The position numbers were made by a program, and so were the translations under genes. Below the pieces are notes generated by a model, which saw nothing but the letters and a program-made list of their open reading frames with translations, was not told where the DNA came from and did no database searches. 63,009 nucleotides of DNA from Candidatus Tenebribacter burtonii. GTDB taxonomy: Bacteria > Cloacimonadota > Cloacimonadia > Cloacimonadales > TCS61. Positions 27,245-36,275 of this stretch are shown here, piece by piece; within the stretch, counting starts at the first letter, position 1; each line of letters begins with the position of its first letter. The stretch spans positions 1 to 63,009 of the forward strand of contig JAVCCF010000089.1 in assembly GCA_030765625.1 (NCBI GenBank), read 5' to 3'.

Positions 27245-28639
27245 ATGATTAAAATCTTTTCCTGTTTCCTGTGCTTAGTAATATTATTCACAATAGGATG
27301 CGCAAGCACCAGAACATCCAAAAAACATTTTATCGGGATAAATGAAAAACTAATCTCCCGGGATTATGCAGGTACACTTAAACAGATCGAATCTGCTAAA
27401 GGGAAATTTTACACTGAAAAGGAAAGAGCATTATATTATGTGGATGCAGGAATGTTAAATCATTATCAGGGTAATTACGAAGAGAGTAACACATTACTAT
27501 CCAAAGCAGAAAAAGATTTTGATGAATTGTATACCAAGAGTCTGAGTAGAGCTGCAGCTTCAATGCTATTGAATGACAACATCCTAGCATATTCTGGTGA
27601 AGATTATGAAAATATTTACATCAATGTTTTTATGGCACTTAATTATATTGAAATGGATGATTTTGATGGTGCTTTTGTTGAGATCAGAAAAATCAATAAC
27701 AAACTCTCTCAACTGGAACAGAAACATAAGAAAATGGCAAATTCCTATAATAAGTCCAAAGATAAGAAAAAGAATTATGAAACAGGTACTAATAGATTTC
27801 ATAATTCTGTTCTTGGTAGATATTTGAGTATGCTGATTTACAGAGCAGAAGGGAAAATAGACGATGCCAGGATAGACAAAGAAAAAATGGATATTGCCTG
27901 GCAGGTTCAATCTCATATTTATAATTTCAGTAAACCTGATTTTGAGAAATGTCTTAGTAGAACGGAGAAAGCAAAGCTTAATGTCATCGCATTTTCCGGT
28001 AGAGCTCCAGATAAAAAGGCAAACACGCTTTATATTCACACTGAAAAGAATTTGTTATTGATTGGAACAACGAAGGAAGGTCCTAAAGGAAAACAGAATC
28101 TAGAATCATTCAATCCAATTCCCTGGAAAGATATGAAAAAAGGTTATCATTTCAAATTCCAACTACCCGTGATGAAAACGAGAAATTCTAACATAGGAAG
28201 AATCGAACTAATTGTCGATGATAAGCTCACAACAGACCTTCAACAAATTGAAGATATTGAAAAAGTTGCCTTGGAAACTTTTAAGATCAAAGAACCGTTA
28301 ATCTATTTAAAGACAATTACCCGTACTGTAAGTAAAGGACTTTTTGCTGCCAAGCGTAAGCAGGAAATGGAGAAAAAAATTAATAATGAAATATTGGGAT
28401 TTGCCGCTCGATGGGCTACTGATGCATTAGTGGATGCAACTGAAAATGCAGACTTAAGAATATCCAGTTTCTTTCCCGCAAAAACTTTAGTTACAGAGCT
28501 CGAGCTTGATCCTGGAGTTTATAATATCAAAGTTAAGTACTATTCCAAAAATGGTTCTGTACTTTTTGTTGATGATCTTGGACAAAAGGAAATCACAAGA
28601 TCAGGCTTGAATTTATTCGAATCCTTCTATTTAAATTAA
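27245..28639 (+). CDS. Lipoprotein with TPR-like N-terminal region (COG3014-like)
   Basis: Has the lipobox FTIGCAS. At 464 aa it sits 8 nt after the LpoB-like gene. The family assignment is from memory of the usual COG3417/COG3014 pairing. Confidence 0.5.
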   Translation: MIKIFSCFLCLVILFTIGCASTRTSKKHFIGINEKLISRDYAGTLKQIESAKGKFYTEKERALYYVDAGMLNHYQGNYEESNTLLSKAEKDFDELYTKSLSRAAASMLLNDNILAYSGEDYENIYINVFMALNYIEMDDFDGAFVEIRKINNKLSQLEQKHKKMANSYNKSKDKKKNYETGTNRFHNSVLGRYLSMLIYRAEGKIDDARIDKEKMDIAWQVQSHIYNFSKPDFEKCLSRTEKAKLNVIAFSGRAPDKKANTLYIHTEKNLLLIGTTKEGPKGKQNLESFNPIPWKDMKKGYHFKFQLPVMKTRNSNIGRIELIVDDKLTTDLQQIEDIEKVALETFKIKEPLIYLKTITRTVSKGLFAAKRKQEMEKKINNEILGFAARWATDALVDATENADLRISSFFPAKTLVTELELDPGVYNIKVKYYSKNGSVLFVDDLGQKEITRSGLNLFESFYLN

Positions 28640-28661
28640 ACTATCTAATAAGAGAGGAAAT

Positions 28662-29684
28662 ATGAAAAAAGTAATATTGCTGTCCATTGTAATGATCCTG
28701 ATACTTTCGTGCGCAGCTCATGCCAAAAGGAAAAAGAATTCTGAACCAAACTGGCTGAAAGATCCCAAAGCTGCATATCCGGAACAGATGTATCTTACTG
28801 CAATCGGAGAAGGTGATTCTCGAAGTGATGCAGAGAACATGGCTGCGGGTAACCTGGCACGAATATTTGAATCTAATATTATAGCAGAAGAGACTGTAAA
28901 TCAACGTTATATGGAACTCACAAAAAATAAGAAAACTGATATTGAAGAGCAAACTGATGTTCTAAAAAATGTAAACGTCAAATCTCAGCAGACACTTTTT
29001 AATATCCAATTTGGTGAAAGCTTTACAGACGATATGGGAAGAGTTCACACAATTGCCTATCTAAATAGAATGAAAACTGCTGAGATCTATGAGAGTAAAA
29101 TTAGTAAAAATGTAGATCAAATCAACTATTTCAAAGGATTATACAATAAATCTAACGATCCAATATTTAGATATGCAGCGATGAGTGCGGCTTCTGCTGT
29201 AAGTTCACAAAATGAAATACTCCTCGCACAACTCACTATCATTTCCCCATCTTTTATTGATATGCTGGAATTGAATTATAATCATAACGAGATTATGAAG
29301 GATACCAATTCAGCAGCCTCAGCTATTTCCTGCAGCATCAACATCAGTAATGATGAAGATAACAAAGTCACAATTCTAATTGAAGAACTAATTAATGATC
29401 TGGGATTTGTTCTTTCAAAGGAGATAATTCTATCAATTAACGGAGATATTTTACTGGAGAAGACTGATCTGAAGCGTGAGTTAGAATTTATTCGCTATGA
29501 ACTACAAATCAATGTTACAGATAATAAAAACAATGTGATCGTTTCTATGGCTGAGAAGGGTAGAGAAGGTCATGTTTCAGTTCAGGAAGCAGAAGCACGT
29601 GCTATTCGCACACTTAGCAAGAAGATCAATAATCAACTCAAAAAGAAACTTGTTGCATATTTTGATGGAATGGTTTTGGAATAG
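28662..29684 (+). CDS. LPP20-like lipoprotein
   Basis: Has the lipobox LILSCAA, and PNWLKDP...YLTAIGEGDSRSDAENMAAGNLARIF resembles the LPP20 domain. Confidence 0.55.
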   Translation: MKKVILLSIVMILILSCAAHAKRKKNSEPNWLKDPKAAYPEQMYLTAIGEGDSRSDAENMAAGNLARIFESNIIAEETVNQRYMELTKNKKTDIEEQTDVLKNVNVKSQQTLFNIQFGESFTDDMGRVHTIAYLNRMKTAEIYESKISKNVDQINYFKGLYNKSNDPIFRYAAMSAASAVSSQNEILLAQLTIISPSFIDMLELNYNHNEIMKDTNSAASAISCSINISNDEDNKVTILIEELINDLGFVLSKEIILSINGDILLEKTDLKRELEFIRYELQINVTDNKNNVIVSMAEKGREGHVSVQEAEARAIRTLSKKINNQLKKKLVAYFDGMVLE

Positions 29685-29900
29685 CTTACATCATCCCGAC
29701 CCTCTCCTGAAAGGAGAGGGAGAAATTAGAAGCAGGTTCATTCTTTTAGATTGAACCAAAATTCATTCTAGTTGATAAGTTGAACTTATCAACCCAATTG
29801 TGTCCGCAAGTTCAACTTGCAAACGAGTAAAATGTTTTGTACGCATCAAAATGATACGTCTTGCTTCAAATAATAACACTGTTTGGGAAAAGGAGTCGCA

Positions 29901-30938
29901 GTGAAATACATTAAGAAAATCATATTTTTCATATCTTTATTTGTACTTTATATCATTTTTAAAGAGTTTTTACAATTATATGTTTATATGAAAAATGTAC
30001 ATCCTTATGCTGCTTATGCCACTTTAACAGCTATAGTAATTGTTTTCGTGATTTATGTGATTGTGCCAATATTAAAGATTCTAAAAATTCCTAAAAATTT
30101 TGGACCAACCCTCGATAAGGATAAAGAACCTGAACTTATCTCACAAAAGATAGAAAGATTCAGAAAGAATAAATTTCTGAAAGAACAAGATTTTGATTTT
30201 TCTGAGATTGGGAATGATAAGGAGAGTTATAACAAGATCCTTAAAGTGCTTTCAAAGGAAACTTCCGAAGTCAGAAAAAGTCGGGTTTCACAGCTATTTT
30301 ATAGTACCGCTATAGCACAAAATGGATTCCTGGATGCCATTCTTATACTTTCTGCCAGCATCAATCATATCAAAGAAATATTCCTACTTTATAATGGTAG
30401 AGTTTCTAATCGTGATCTTTTGACAATTGGGAAAAAAGTTTATTATTCTATGGCAATTGGAGGATCAGAAGGTGTGGAGTATGTTACAGAAGAGATCTTC
30501 TCCAAATTCGCTGTTGATAGTTTGAAAAGCATTCCCTTCATTGATAAAATATTTTCTTCTATAGCTGATGGTTTTGTGAATGCTGCCTTATTAACTAGAA
30601 TCTCATATATCACAGAAAATTATTGTAAACTTACCTATATCGAAAATGAGAAAGATATTTATCCTTCAGCACATTTTATCTTTAATTCTGCTAAAAACAT
30701 AACATCTCATACAATTGATAAACTTAAAGAATCATTAATTAAAATGACTGTGGACAGTTCTCTCAACTTTGCTTTGATCGCTGTGAATCCAATCGGTTAT
30801 GTATTGGGAAAATCAATTGATAAAAGTGATAGTATAGATTTTACAAAAAAAGAAAAATTAAAAGAACATGCTAAGCTGGTTGGAAATCCTATTTTTTATG
30901 GATTGGGAAAATTATTTAAGAGTTTGAGGAAAAAATGA
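29901..30938 (+). CDS. YcjF/DUF697-like inner-membrane protein
   Basis: It has N-terminal TM helices, a size of about 350 aa and a central segment compatible with DUF697. AGGAG lies 5 nt before GTG 29901; the track start is TTG 29883. Confidence 0.5.
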   Translation: MKYIKKIIFFISLFVLYIIFKEFLQLYVYMKNVHPYAAYATLTAIVIVFVIYVIVPILKILKIPKNFGPTLDKDKEPELISQKIERFRKNKFLKEQDFDFSEIGNDKESYNKILKVLSKETSEVRKSRVSQLFYSTAIAQNGFLDAILILSASINHIKEIFLLYNGRVSNRDLLTIGKKVYYSMAIGGSEGVEYVTEEIFSKFAVDSLKSIPFIDKIFSSIADGFVNAALLTRISYITENYCKLTYIENEKDIYPSAHFIFNSAKNITSHTIDKLKESLIKMTVDSSLNFALIAVNPIGYVLGKSIDKSDSIDFTKKEKLKEHAKLVGNPIFYGLGKLFKSLRKK

Positions 30939-31351
30939 GATCATACCGCAAAGAATTGTGGTTTAACACAACTCAGCGCAGAGAGTTGATAAACATTTCA
31001 CCTGATGTTAAAAACTGTTTGAGAGAAAGTGGTATAAAAGAAGGTCTTTGCCTGGTTAATGCTATGCACATTACAGCAAGTGTTTTTATTAATGATGATG
31101 AACCCGGATTACATAATGATTTTGAAAAATGGCTGGAAAAACTCGCTCCCGAAAAGCCATATTCTCAATATCAGCATAACGGATTTGAAGACAATGCCGA
31201 TGCACATCTCAAGCGAACTGTTATGGGAAGAGAAGTGATTGTTGCAATTACTGATGGTAAATTAGATTTTGGACATTGGGAGCAGATCTTTTACGGTGAG
31301 TTTGATGGAATGCGCAAGAAACGCGTTCTTGTGAAAATTATTGGTGAATGA
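30935..31351 (+). CDS. yjbQ: YjbQ/UPF0047 family protein (secondary thiamine-phosphate synthase)
   Basis: Contains [24 protein letters not shown] and [13 protein letters not shown]. It shares an ATGA overlap with the upstream gene. Confidence 0.85.
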   Translation: MRSYRKELWFNTTQRRELINISPDVKNCLRESGIKEGLCLVNAMHITASVFINDDEPGLHNDFEKWLEKLAPEKPYSQYQHNGFEDNADAHLKRTVMGREVIVAITDGKLDFGHWEQIFYGEFDGMRKKRVLVKIIGE

Positions 31352-31431
31352 TATAATATAACTGAAACTTAGAAATAATAACCCAGCTGTGAACGGCTGG
31401 ACTATTCATGTTTTGAACAACCTGATTATTT

Positions 31432-33144
31432 TTACTTGATCAGCAGCATCTTCCTGATTTTGTAATACTTGTCAGTTACCATGTTATAAAAGTACATTCC
31501 GCTTGCTACGGATTTACCGCTGTTATCCTTACCATTCCAAACAATAGAATGATTACCGATATTTTTGTGTTCATCAACCAGTGTATGTATATTCTCACCT
31601 TTGATATTAAATATCTCAATTCTAACTCTACCAGCATCTATCAGAGAGTAATTGATCGTAGTTGTAGGATTGAATGGATTCGGGAAATTCTTACCTAAAG
31701 CTGTCTTAACTGGTAATATATCTCCTGAAACAGATCCAGTTTCAACGTGAACTATCCAGATAGTCTCAATGTTGTAATCTTCATCAGATGCAATTGATTT
31801 GATCTCAATATCTCCAACAACCTCGAAGATGTGAACGAATGCTTCTGTCAATTCTGTCTGTAAAACATCATCAACATACCATTCATATTCTATTGTGCTG
31901 TCGATATCTTCAACTTCTACACTGAAAGTAACCATGCTGTCTTCTACAACTGTAAATTCAAGATCTATAGGCAGGAAACCAATGAAAACTGGTTCATCGT
32001 TAACTGGAGTAACTATCACATCCACATCATCTTCTGCAGTTGCCCTGGTTGCATTATCATCTATTGTGAAAGTGAGGGTTTCTGTTCCATTCCAATCTGC
32101 TGTTGCTCCAAATGTAACTTCCAACTCATTAATATCAATCGTAACTTCTGTAATTCCTGTAACAGAAAGCGTGAGATCATCCAGATCGATATCATCAATG
32201 AACTCTGTGAAATCAACGATCAGACCATCATCTTCTTCAAATGTAAAATCATCGGGCAAAACAATAGTTGGATCATCGTTAACCGGAATTACGATAATAG
32301 ATACATCGTCTTCGGCAGTTGCTCTGCTATTTTCACTTATGGAATTACTTCTCTTTTGGGCTTTACCTAAAGTAAAGGAAGTTCTCTCACCCTGACCATC
32401 ATCAACAGTAAAGATGAGTACTTCCGTTCCATTCCAGTTTTCACTAGCACCAAATGTAACTTCCAAATCAACAATATCAACCGTGACCTCTATATTCCCT
32501 GTAACGGAAAGTGTGAGATCATCCAGATCAATATCATCAATGAACTCTGTGAAATCAACAACTAATCCATTATCTTCATCAAATGTGAAATCATCCGGCA
32601 ATACAATAGTTGGAGCATCATTAACTAGAGTTACGATAATATATACATCGTCGGAAGCTACAGATCTATTCATGTTATCATTGGCTGTAAAAGTGAGGTT
32701 TTCTGTTCCATTCCAATTCAATGTAGAACTGAATGTGACAATGAAATCTACAATATCTACAATTATTTCTGTGTTCCCACTCACACTTAAAGCAACAATA
32801 TCTCCGTTAATATCATTAATAAACGGTGTAAAATTTACAACAAGACCGTTATCTTCTTCAAATGTGAAATCATCCGGCAGTATTATTATGGGTGCATCGT
32901 TGATAGGCTGCAGGAAACCAGGATAAAATACATATCCAGTGCTTGTTTCCATATCATTGGTAATTCCAAGCATTGAATTCTCCATAAGATCATAGCTTAC
33001 CGATCCCGGGGGAGATGTTTGGTTGGCATTTCCAGTTAGAAATCCTCGTTGAATCAGTATGAAGTTATCGCTTGATGGTTGATCTGCCAGGATATTAGAA
33101 ACCAGAAGCAGACAACTTAATAAAACCAATATTTTAATTTTCAT
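31432..33144 (-). CDS. Secreted cadherin-like tandem-repeat protein with a T9SS C-terminal sorting domain
   Basis: It has a signal peptide and four modules of about 93 aa starting (V/I)ND.P..(V)LPDDFTF.ED.G. The C-terminus is FPNPFNPTTTINYSL...IFNIKGENIHTL...GNHSIVWNGKDNSGKSVASGMYFY. Confidence 0.8.
   Translation of the reverse strand: MKIKILVLLSCLLLVSNILADQPSSDNFILIQRGFLTGNANQTSPPGSVSYDLMENSMLGITNDMETSTGYVFYPGFLQPINDAPIIILPDDFTFEEDNGLVVNFTPFINDINGDIVALSVSGNTEIIVDIVDFIVTFSSTLNWNGTENLTFTANDNMNRSVASDDVYIIVTLVNDAPTIVLPDDFTFDEDNGLVVDFTEFIDDIDLDDLTLSVTGNIEVTVDIVDLEVTFGASENWNGTEVLIFTVDDGQGERTSFTLGKAQKRSNSISENSRATAEDDVSIIVIPVNDDPTIVLPDDFTFEEDDGLIVDFTEFIDDIDLDDLTLSVTGITEVTIDINELEVTFGATADWNGTETLTFTIDDNATRATAEDDVDVIVTPVNDEPVFIGFLPIDLEFTVVEDSMVTFSVEVEDIDSTIEYEWYVDDVLQTELTEAFVHIFEVVGDIEIKSIASDEDYNIETIWIVHVETGSVSGDILPVKTALGKNFPNPFNPTTTINYSLIDAGRVRIEIFNIKGENIHTLVDEHKNIGNHSIVWNGKDNSGKSVASGMYFYNMVTDKYYKIRKMLLIK
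32005..32904 (-). repeat. In-gene tandem repeat (three well-conserved modules of about 93 aa, followed by a degenerate fourth)
   Basis: The modules cover aa 81-173, 174-287 and 288-380. Module 2 carries an extra block of about 21 aa (GQGERTSFTLGKAQKRSNSISENS). Confidence 0.8.
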
Positions 33145-33160
33145 AATTTCTCCTTTATCG

Positions 33161-33190
33161 CGCCGTATCCGGCGGTTGCCGGAGTAGGCG
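33161..33190 (-). other. GC-rich perfect palindrome in the intergenic spacer of the fibre/T9SS gene cluster
   Basis: The sequence is CGCC-GTA-TCCGGC-GGTT-GCCGGA-GTA-GGCG. A second hairpin, GTCCTG-N8-CAGGAC, lies at 33205-33224. The local composition differs sharply from the AT-rich surroundings. Confidence 0.5.
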
Positions 33191-33237
33191 GATTGTCCTC
33201 CATAGTCCTGGAAGTATTCAGGACGAAGGGGGACTAT

Positions 33238-34422
33238 TTATCTCAATTTCCTTATCTGTTGCTGCAGCTCTTCTATCTGTTCTTGCTGTTCTTTCATAGC
33301 TTCGATGAGAACCGGAATAAGACCAATATAATTTATTCCTTTATATTCTATTCTTTCTATATCCCTTTCTGCACCTTCGATGCCTTTATTCTTATCATAA
33401 GAATGAACATTATCAGTTACTAGTTCAGGAAGAATTTCTTCCAGTTCCTGGGCTATCAAACCGATCTGTTCACCTTTTGGAAGTACTAATTGCTTTTCTT
33501 CTGCCATTTGTATGAAATTAAAAGTATGTACATCCATAAGTTTTATTTTAAAAAGAGCATTGCTAAATGGCTGCACATTTTCTTTAAAAAGCTCATCGGA
33601 AGGATTGCTAAGTGTTCCAGTATAAGCTAAATTACCAACAAAATACCCAGCATAGTTAGTACTATAATTACCCCCAGTGTAACCATAAACTGCATAATTC
33701 GTGCCTGTACCACCGCTAACGCTTCCATATACTCCCCAATAGGAGCCATCTCCACCTGGAATTACCATGCCAAAAACTCCATACATACCCCCTTCAAAAT
33801 TACCACCAAAGCTCATATCATCAGTACTATACCCAACAACACCACAACCGCAAAGTGATGTATTATAACCGTAAACACCAGGATGACTTGTATAACTATG
33901 TCCATAAACACCGTAGTATGTACCTCCCAGGTAACCATAATTTCCACTGTCGTCATTTTTACCATAGACACCGTAACCTGTACCCGTATTTTCACCCGTA
34001 ATAACGCTATTTGGGTCAGAAACATTTCCACTAAGGTTTAGGGGTACTTCCATAGTATAAGCGGTTTCTGCTTTAATAGCATAAGGAACACTGGCAATTT
34101 GGGTACGAGGAAGAAGGATTTCAGCTCCAACATGGAATTCCAGCCAGAGATCTTGGTTATTAAATAGACCAGCAGGAAAAGGGTTTACCGAACCCAATAG
34201 AACGTGAAATATACCATTTGCAACATTTACATCGTGAGTCTCGATCCATAATGCGCTGCCACTGGTTTCCATTTCAAATAAATCAAATTCAACCGAATAA
34301 ACTCCATTAAGATAATTTCCATCACTATCTGCAAGCCTGCCCTGGTAGTCTATGGTTTGCGGTACTTGTGCCCATAAACACAATGTAGTAATCAATAGAA
34401 ATAGGATAAATAGATTTTTCAT
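33238..34422 (-). CDS. Secreted Gly/Tyr-rich fibre-like protein with a C-terminal S74-type intramolecular chaperone domain
   Basis: It has a signal peptide (MKNLFILFLLITTLCLWAQ) and G-x-YGVYG-type repeats. The last 120 aa are SDELFKENV...IGLIAQELEEILPELV...YIGLIPVLIEAMKEQ, the tail-spike/endosialidase chaperone pattern. Confidence 0.7.
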   Translation of the reverse strand: MKNLFILFLLITTLCLWAQVPQTIDYQGRLADSDGNYLNGVYSVEFDLFEMETSGSALWIETHDVNVANGIFHVLLGSVNPFPAGLFNNQDLWLEFHVGAEILLPRTQIASVPYAIKAETAYTMEVPLNLSGNVSDPNSVITGENTGTGYGVYGKNDDSGNYGYLGGTYYGVYGHSYTSHPGVYGYNTSLCGCGVVGYSTDDMSFGGNFEGGMYGVFGMVIPGGDGSYWGVYGSVSGGTGTNYAVYGYTGGNYSTNYAGYFVGNLAYTGTLSNPSDELFKENVQPFSNALFKIKLMDVHTFNFIQMAEEKQLVLPKGEQIGLIAQELEEILPELVTDNVHSYDKNKGIEGAERDIERIEYKGINYIGLIPVLIEAMKEQQEQIEELQQQIRKLR

Positions 34423-34460
34423 AATAACTCCTTTAAAGCACCATTATAAATAATAGCGGA

Positions 34461-36275
34461 CTATTTATTTGAACTATTTATTTCCATTTTGTAATCTTCC
34501 TGTGGTGGCTTATTAGGATCAGGAAGTGTTGAATAATGTTGACCAACGTTTAATTGATCATTCTCATAATATAATCCTTCGCCATCTGTTTCTGTATCTG
34601 CATCATTATGTAAACCGCGAGAGAGTTTGTTGGTGTAATCGGTAGAAACCACTTCTGCTGGTAATTGCGGGTTTTCATATCCAGTGCGACGACCAATAGC
34701 TATGAAAACTACTTCAACATTGCTTCTGGCATTGTTATTTTCGACTACAGAGAAGCCATTTTTATTTACATATGAAACATAAAGGCCTTCCGATGGTCCT
34801 ACAGGTGTTACAGTAACTACAATGGGAACATCCTCTGATACAACTTTGCTGAAATTATGATCAAATGTAACGTCGCATCTACCGGTAGATAACGTGCAAT
34901 AACCGCTTGTTTGTACAGTAACATCTGTGGATACATTTGTGTAAAGCACGTTCATGGTATTGCCGTCGGATTCATGCAGGTGAACATCCAGATCGTTCTT
35001 GAAAACCGTACCATTTGCATATAACGCATAATTATTACCTTCTGTAAATGTTCCGTACACCCTGCCGTGAATATCTGCACCAAACAAATCTCCCCAGGAT
35101 CCCAGACCTATTCCTGTGGCAGCTAAATTATCGCCTGCTCCACCACCGGTACTTGTGAAATAACCACCATAATACACATAACTCGAACTCCTATATCCCA
35201 TACAACCCCACCATACACCGTTATATCTACCTCCAAAACTTCCACCGCTGCGATTATAATCCATCCAGGAATATCCGGCAACACCAAAAGTATAGGGATT
35301 ACCACAAGAATTGCTTCCTTTAACTCCTCCTTTTGAATAATATTCTCCATAACCTGTTCCATTTTCTCCAGGAGAATCTGTTCCAGATCCAAAAATAGCA
35401 TAATCACCATCAGCAGTAGTATTAAGTTTTGCAAAAACACCAAACTTGTGAAAACCCAAGATAGCAAAATTCCCACCGGAGTTGGAACCATAAACACCAT
35501 ATCCGCTAGTTGTAGCGCTATTGCCGTAAACACCAGAACCTGTAACCGATGTATTATAACCGTAAACACCAGAACCATTACTTGTATAATTATGTCCATA
35601 TACTCCATAATCGGATGAACCTATGTAACCATAATCTCCGCTGGAGTGTAAGCCATAAACACAGTAACCCGTACCGGTATTTACACCCGTTATGACGCTA
35701 TTTGGATTTTCTACATTTCCAGTGAGATTGAGTGGGATATCCAAATTCAGGGTTACATCACCGGAAGTGCCGCCACCATTTAATCCTGTACCAGCTGTAA
35801 CAGCTGTTATATCACCAAAAGTGGTAGTTGCAGGCATAAAATCACTAGAATCCTGACCATCCAGTAAGTCAGCATCCAAACCGGAGCCGGACCCCATATT
35901 CTGCAATGTGTATGCGGTTTCAGCTTTTATTGCATAAGGAACACTTGCTACAACTGTACGAGGTGAAAGTGTCTCTCCACTTACAACCAATTCCAGCCAA
36001 CGATCTTCACCATCAAAAAGATCAGGTGGAAAAGGTTCCATAGAACCAAGTAATACATGAAAGATACCATTGTCTGTGGTAACATCCTGTGTTTCAATCC
36101 AGACTGGGGTTCCATAAGTCTCTACATGAAAGATCAAAAAATTTACTGTGACTACGCCGTTCAGATAATTGCCGTCACTATCGGCAAGTCTGCCCTGGTA
36201 GTCGATGATTTGCGGTACTTGTGCCCATAAACACAATGTTGTAAATAATAGAAATAGGATAAATAGATTTTTCAT
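34461..36275 (-). CDS. Secreted Gly/Tyr-rich fibre-like protein (paralogue of 33238-34422 with a different C-terminal domain)
   Basis: The signal peptide and the first ~115 aa are near-identical to the paralogue (QVPQ.IDYQGRLADSDGNYLNGV ... ASVPYAIKAETAYT). It has long GY-rich repeats and no S74 domain. Confidence 0.7.
   Translation of the reverse strand: MKNLFILFLLFTTLCLWAQVPQIIDYQGRLADSDGNYLNGVVTVNFLIFHVETYGTPVWIETQDVTTDNGIFHVLLGSMEPFPPDLFDGEDRWLELVVSGETLSPRTVVASVPYAIKAETAYTLQNMGSGSGLDADLLDGQDSSDFMPATTTFGDITAVTAGTGLNGGGTSGDVTLNLDIPLNLTGNVENPNSVITGVNTGTGYCVYGLHSSGDYGYIGSSDYGVYGHNYTSNGSGVYGYNTSVTGSGVYGNSATTSGYGVYGSNSGGNFAILGFHKFGVFAKLNTTADGDYAIFGSGTDSPGENGTGYGEYYSKGGVKGSNSCGNPYTFGVAGYSWMDYNRSGGSFGGRYNGVWWGCMGYRSSSYVYYGGYFTSTGGGAGDNLAATGIGLGSWGDLFGADIHGRVYGTFTEGNNYALYANGTVFKNDLDVHLHESDGNTMNVLYTNVSTDVTVQTSGYCTLSTGRCDVTFDHNFSKVVSEDVPIVVTVTPVGPSEGLYVSYVNKNGFSVVENNNARSNVEVVFIAIGRRTGYENPQLPAEVVSTDYTNKLSRGLHNDADTETDGEGLYYENDQLNVGQHYSTLPDPNKPPQEDYKMEINSSNK

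Noticed and set aside
31895-32926. Two long + strand ORFs (166 and 170 aa, Ser/Thr/Val-rich) lie opposite the T9SS repeat-protein gene.
   Set aside because: They are the antisense reading of a tandem-repeat gene. They are low-complexity, repeat each other and have no start context. The - strand product has a signal peptide, domain repeats and a sorting domain.
35123-35608. A 161-aa ORF lies in an alternative frame of the 604-aa fibre gene, and a similar 72-aa ORF lies at 33813-34031.
   Set aside because: They are same-strand alternative frames through GGT/TAT-rich repeats. This is a composition artefact of the Gly/Tyr repeats.
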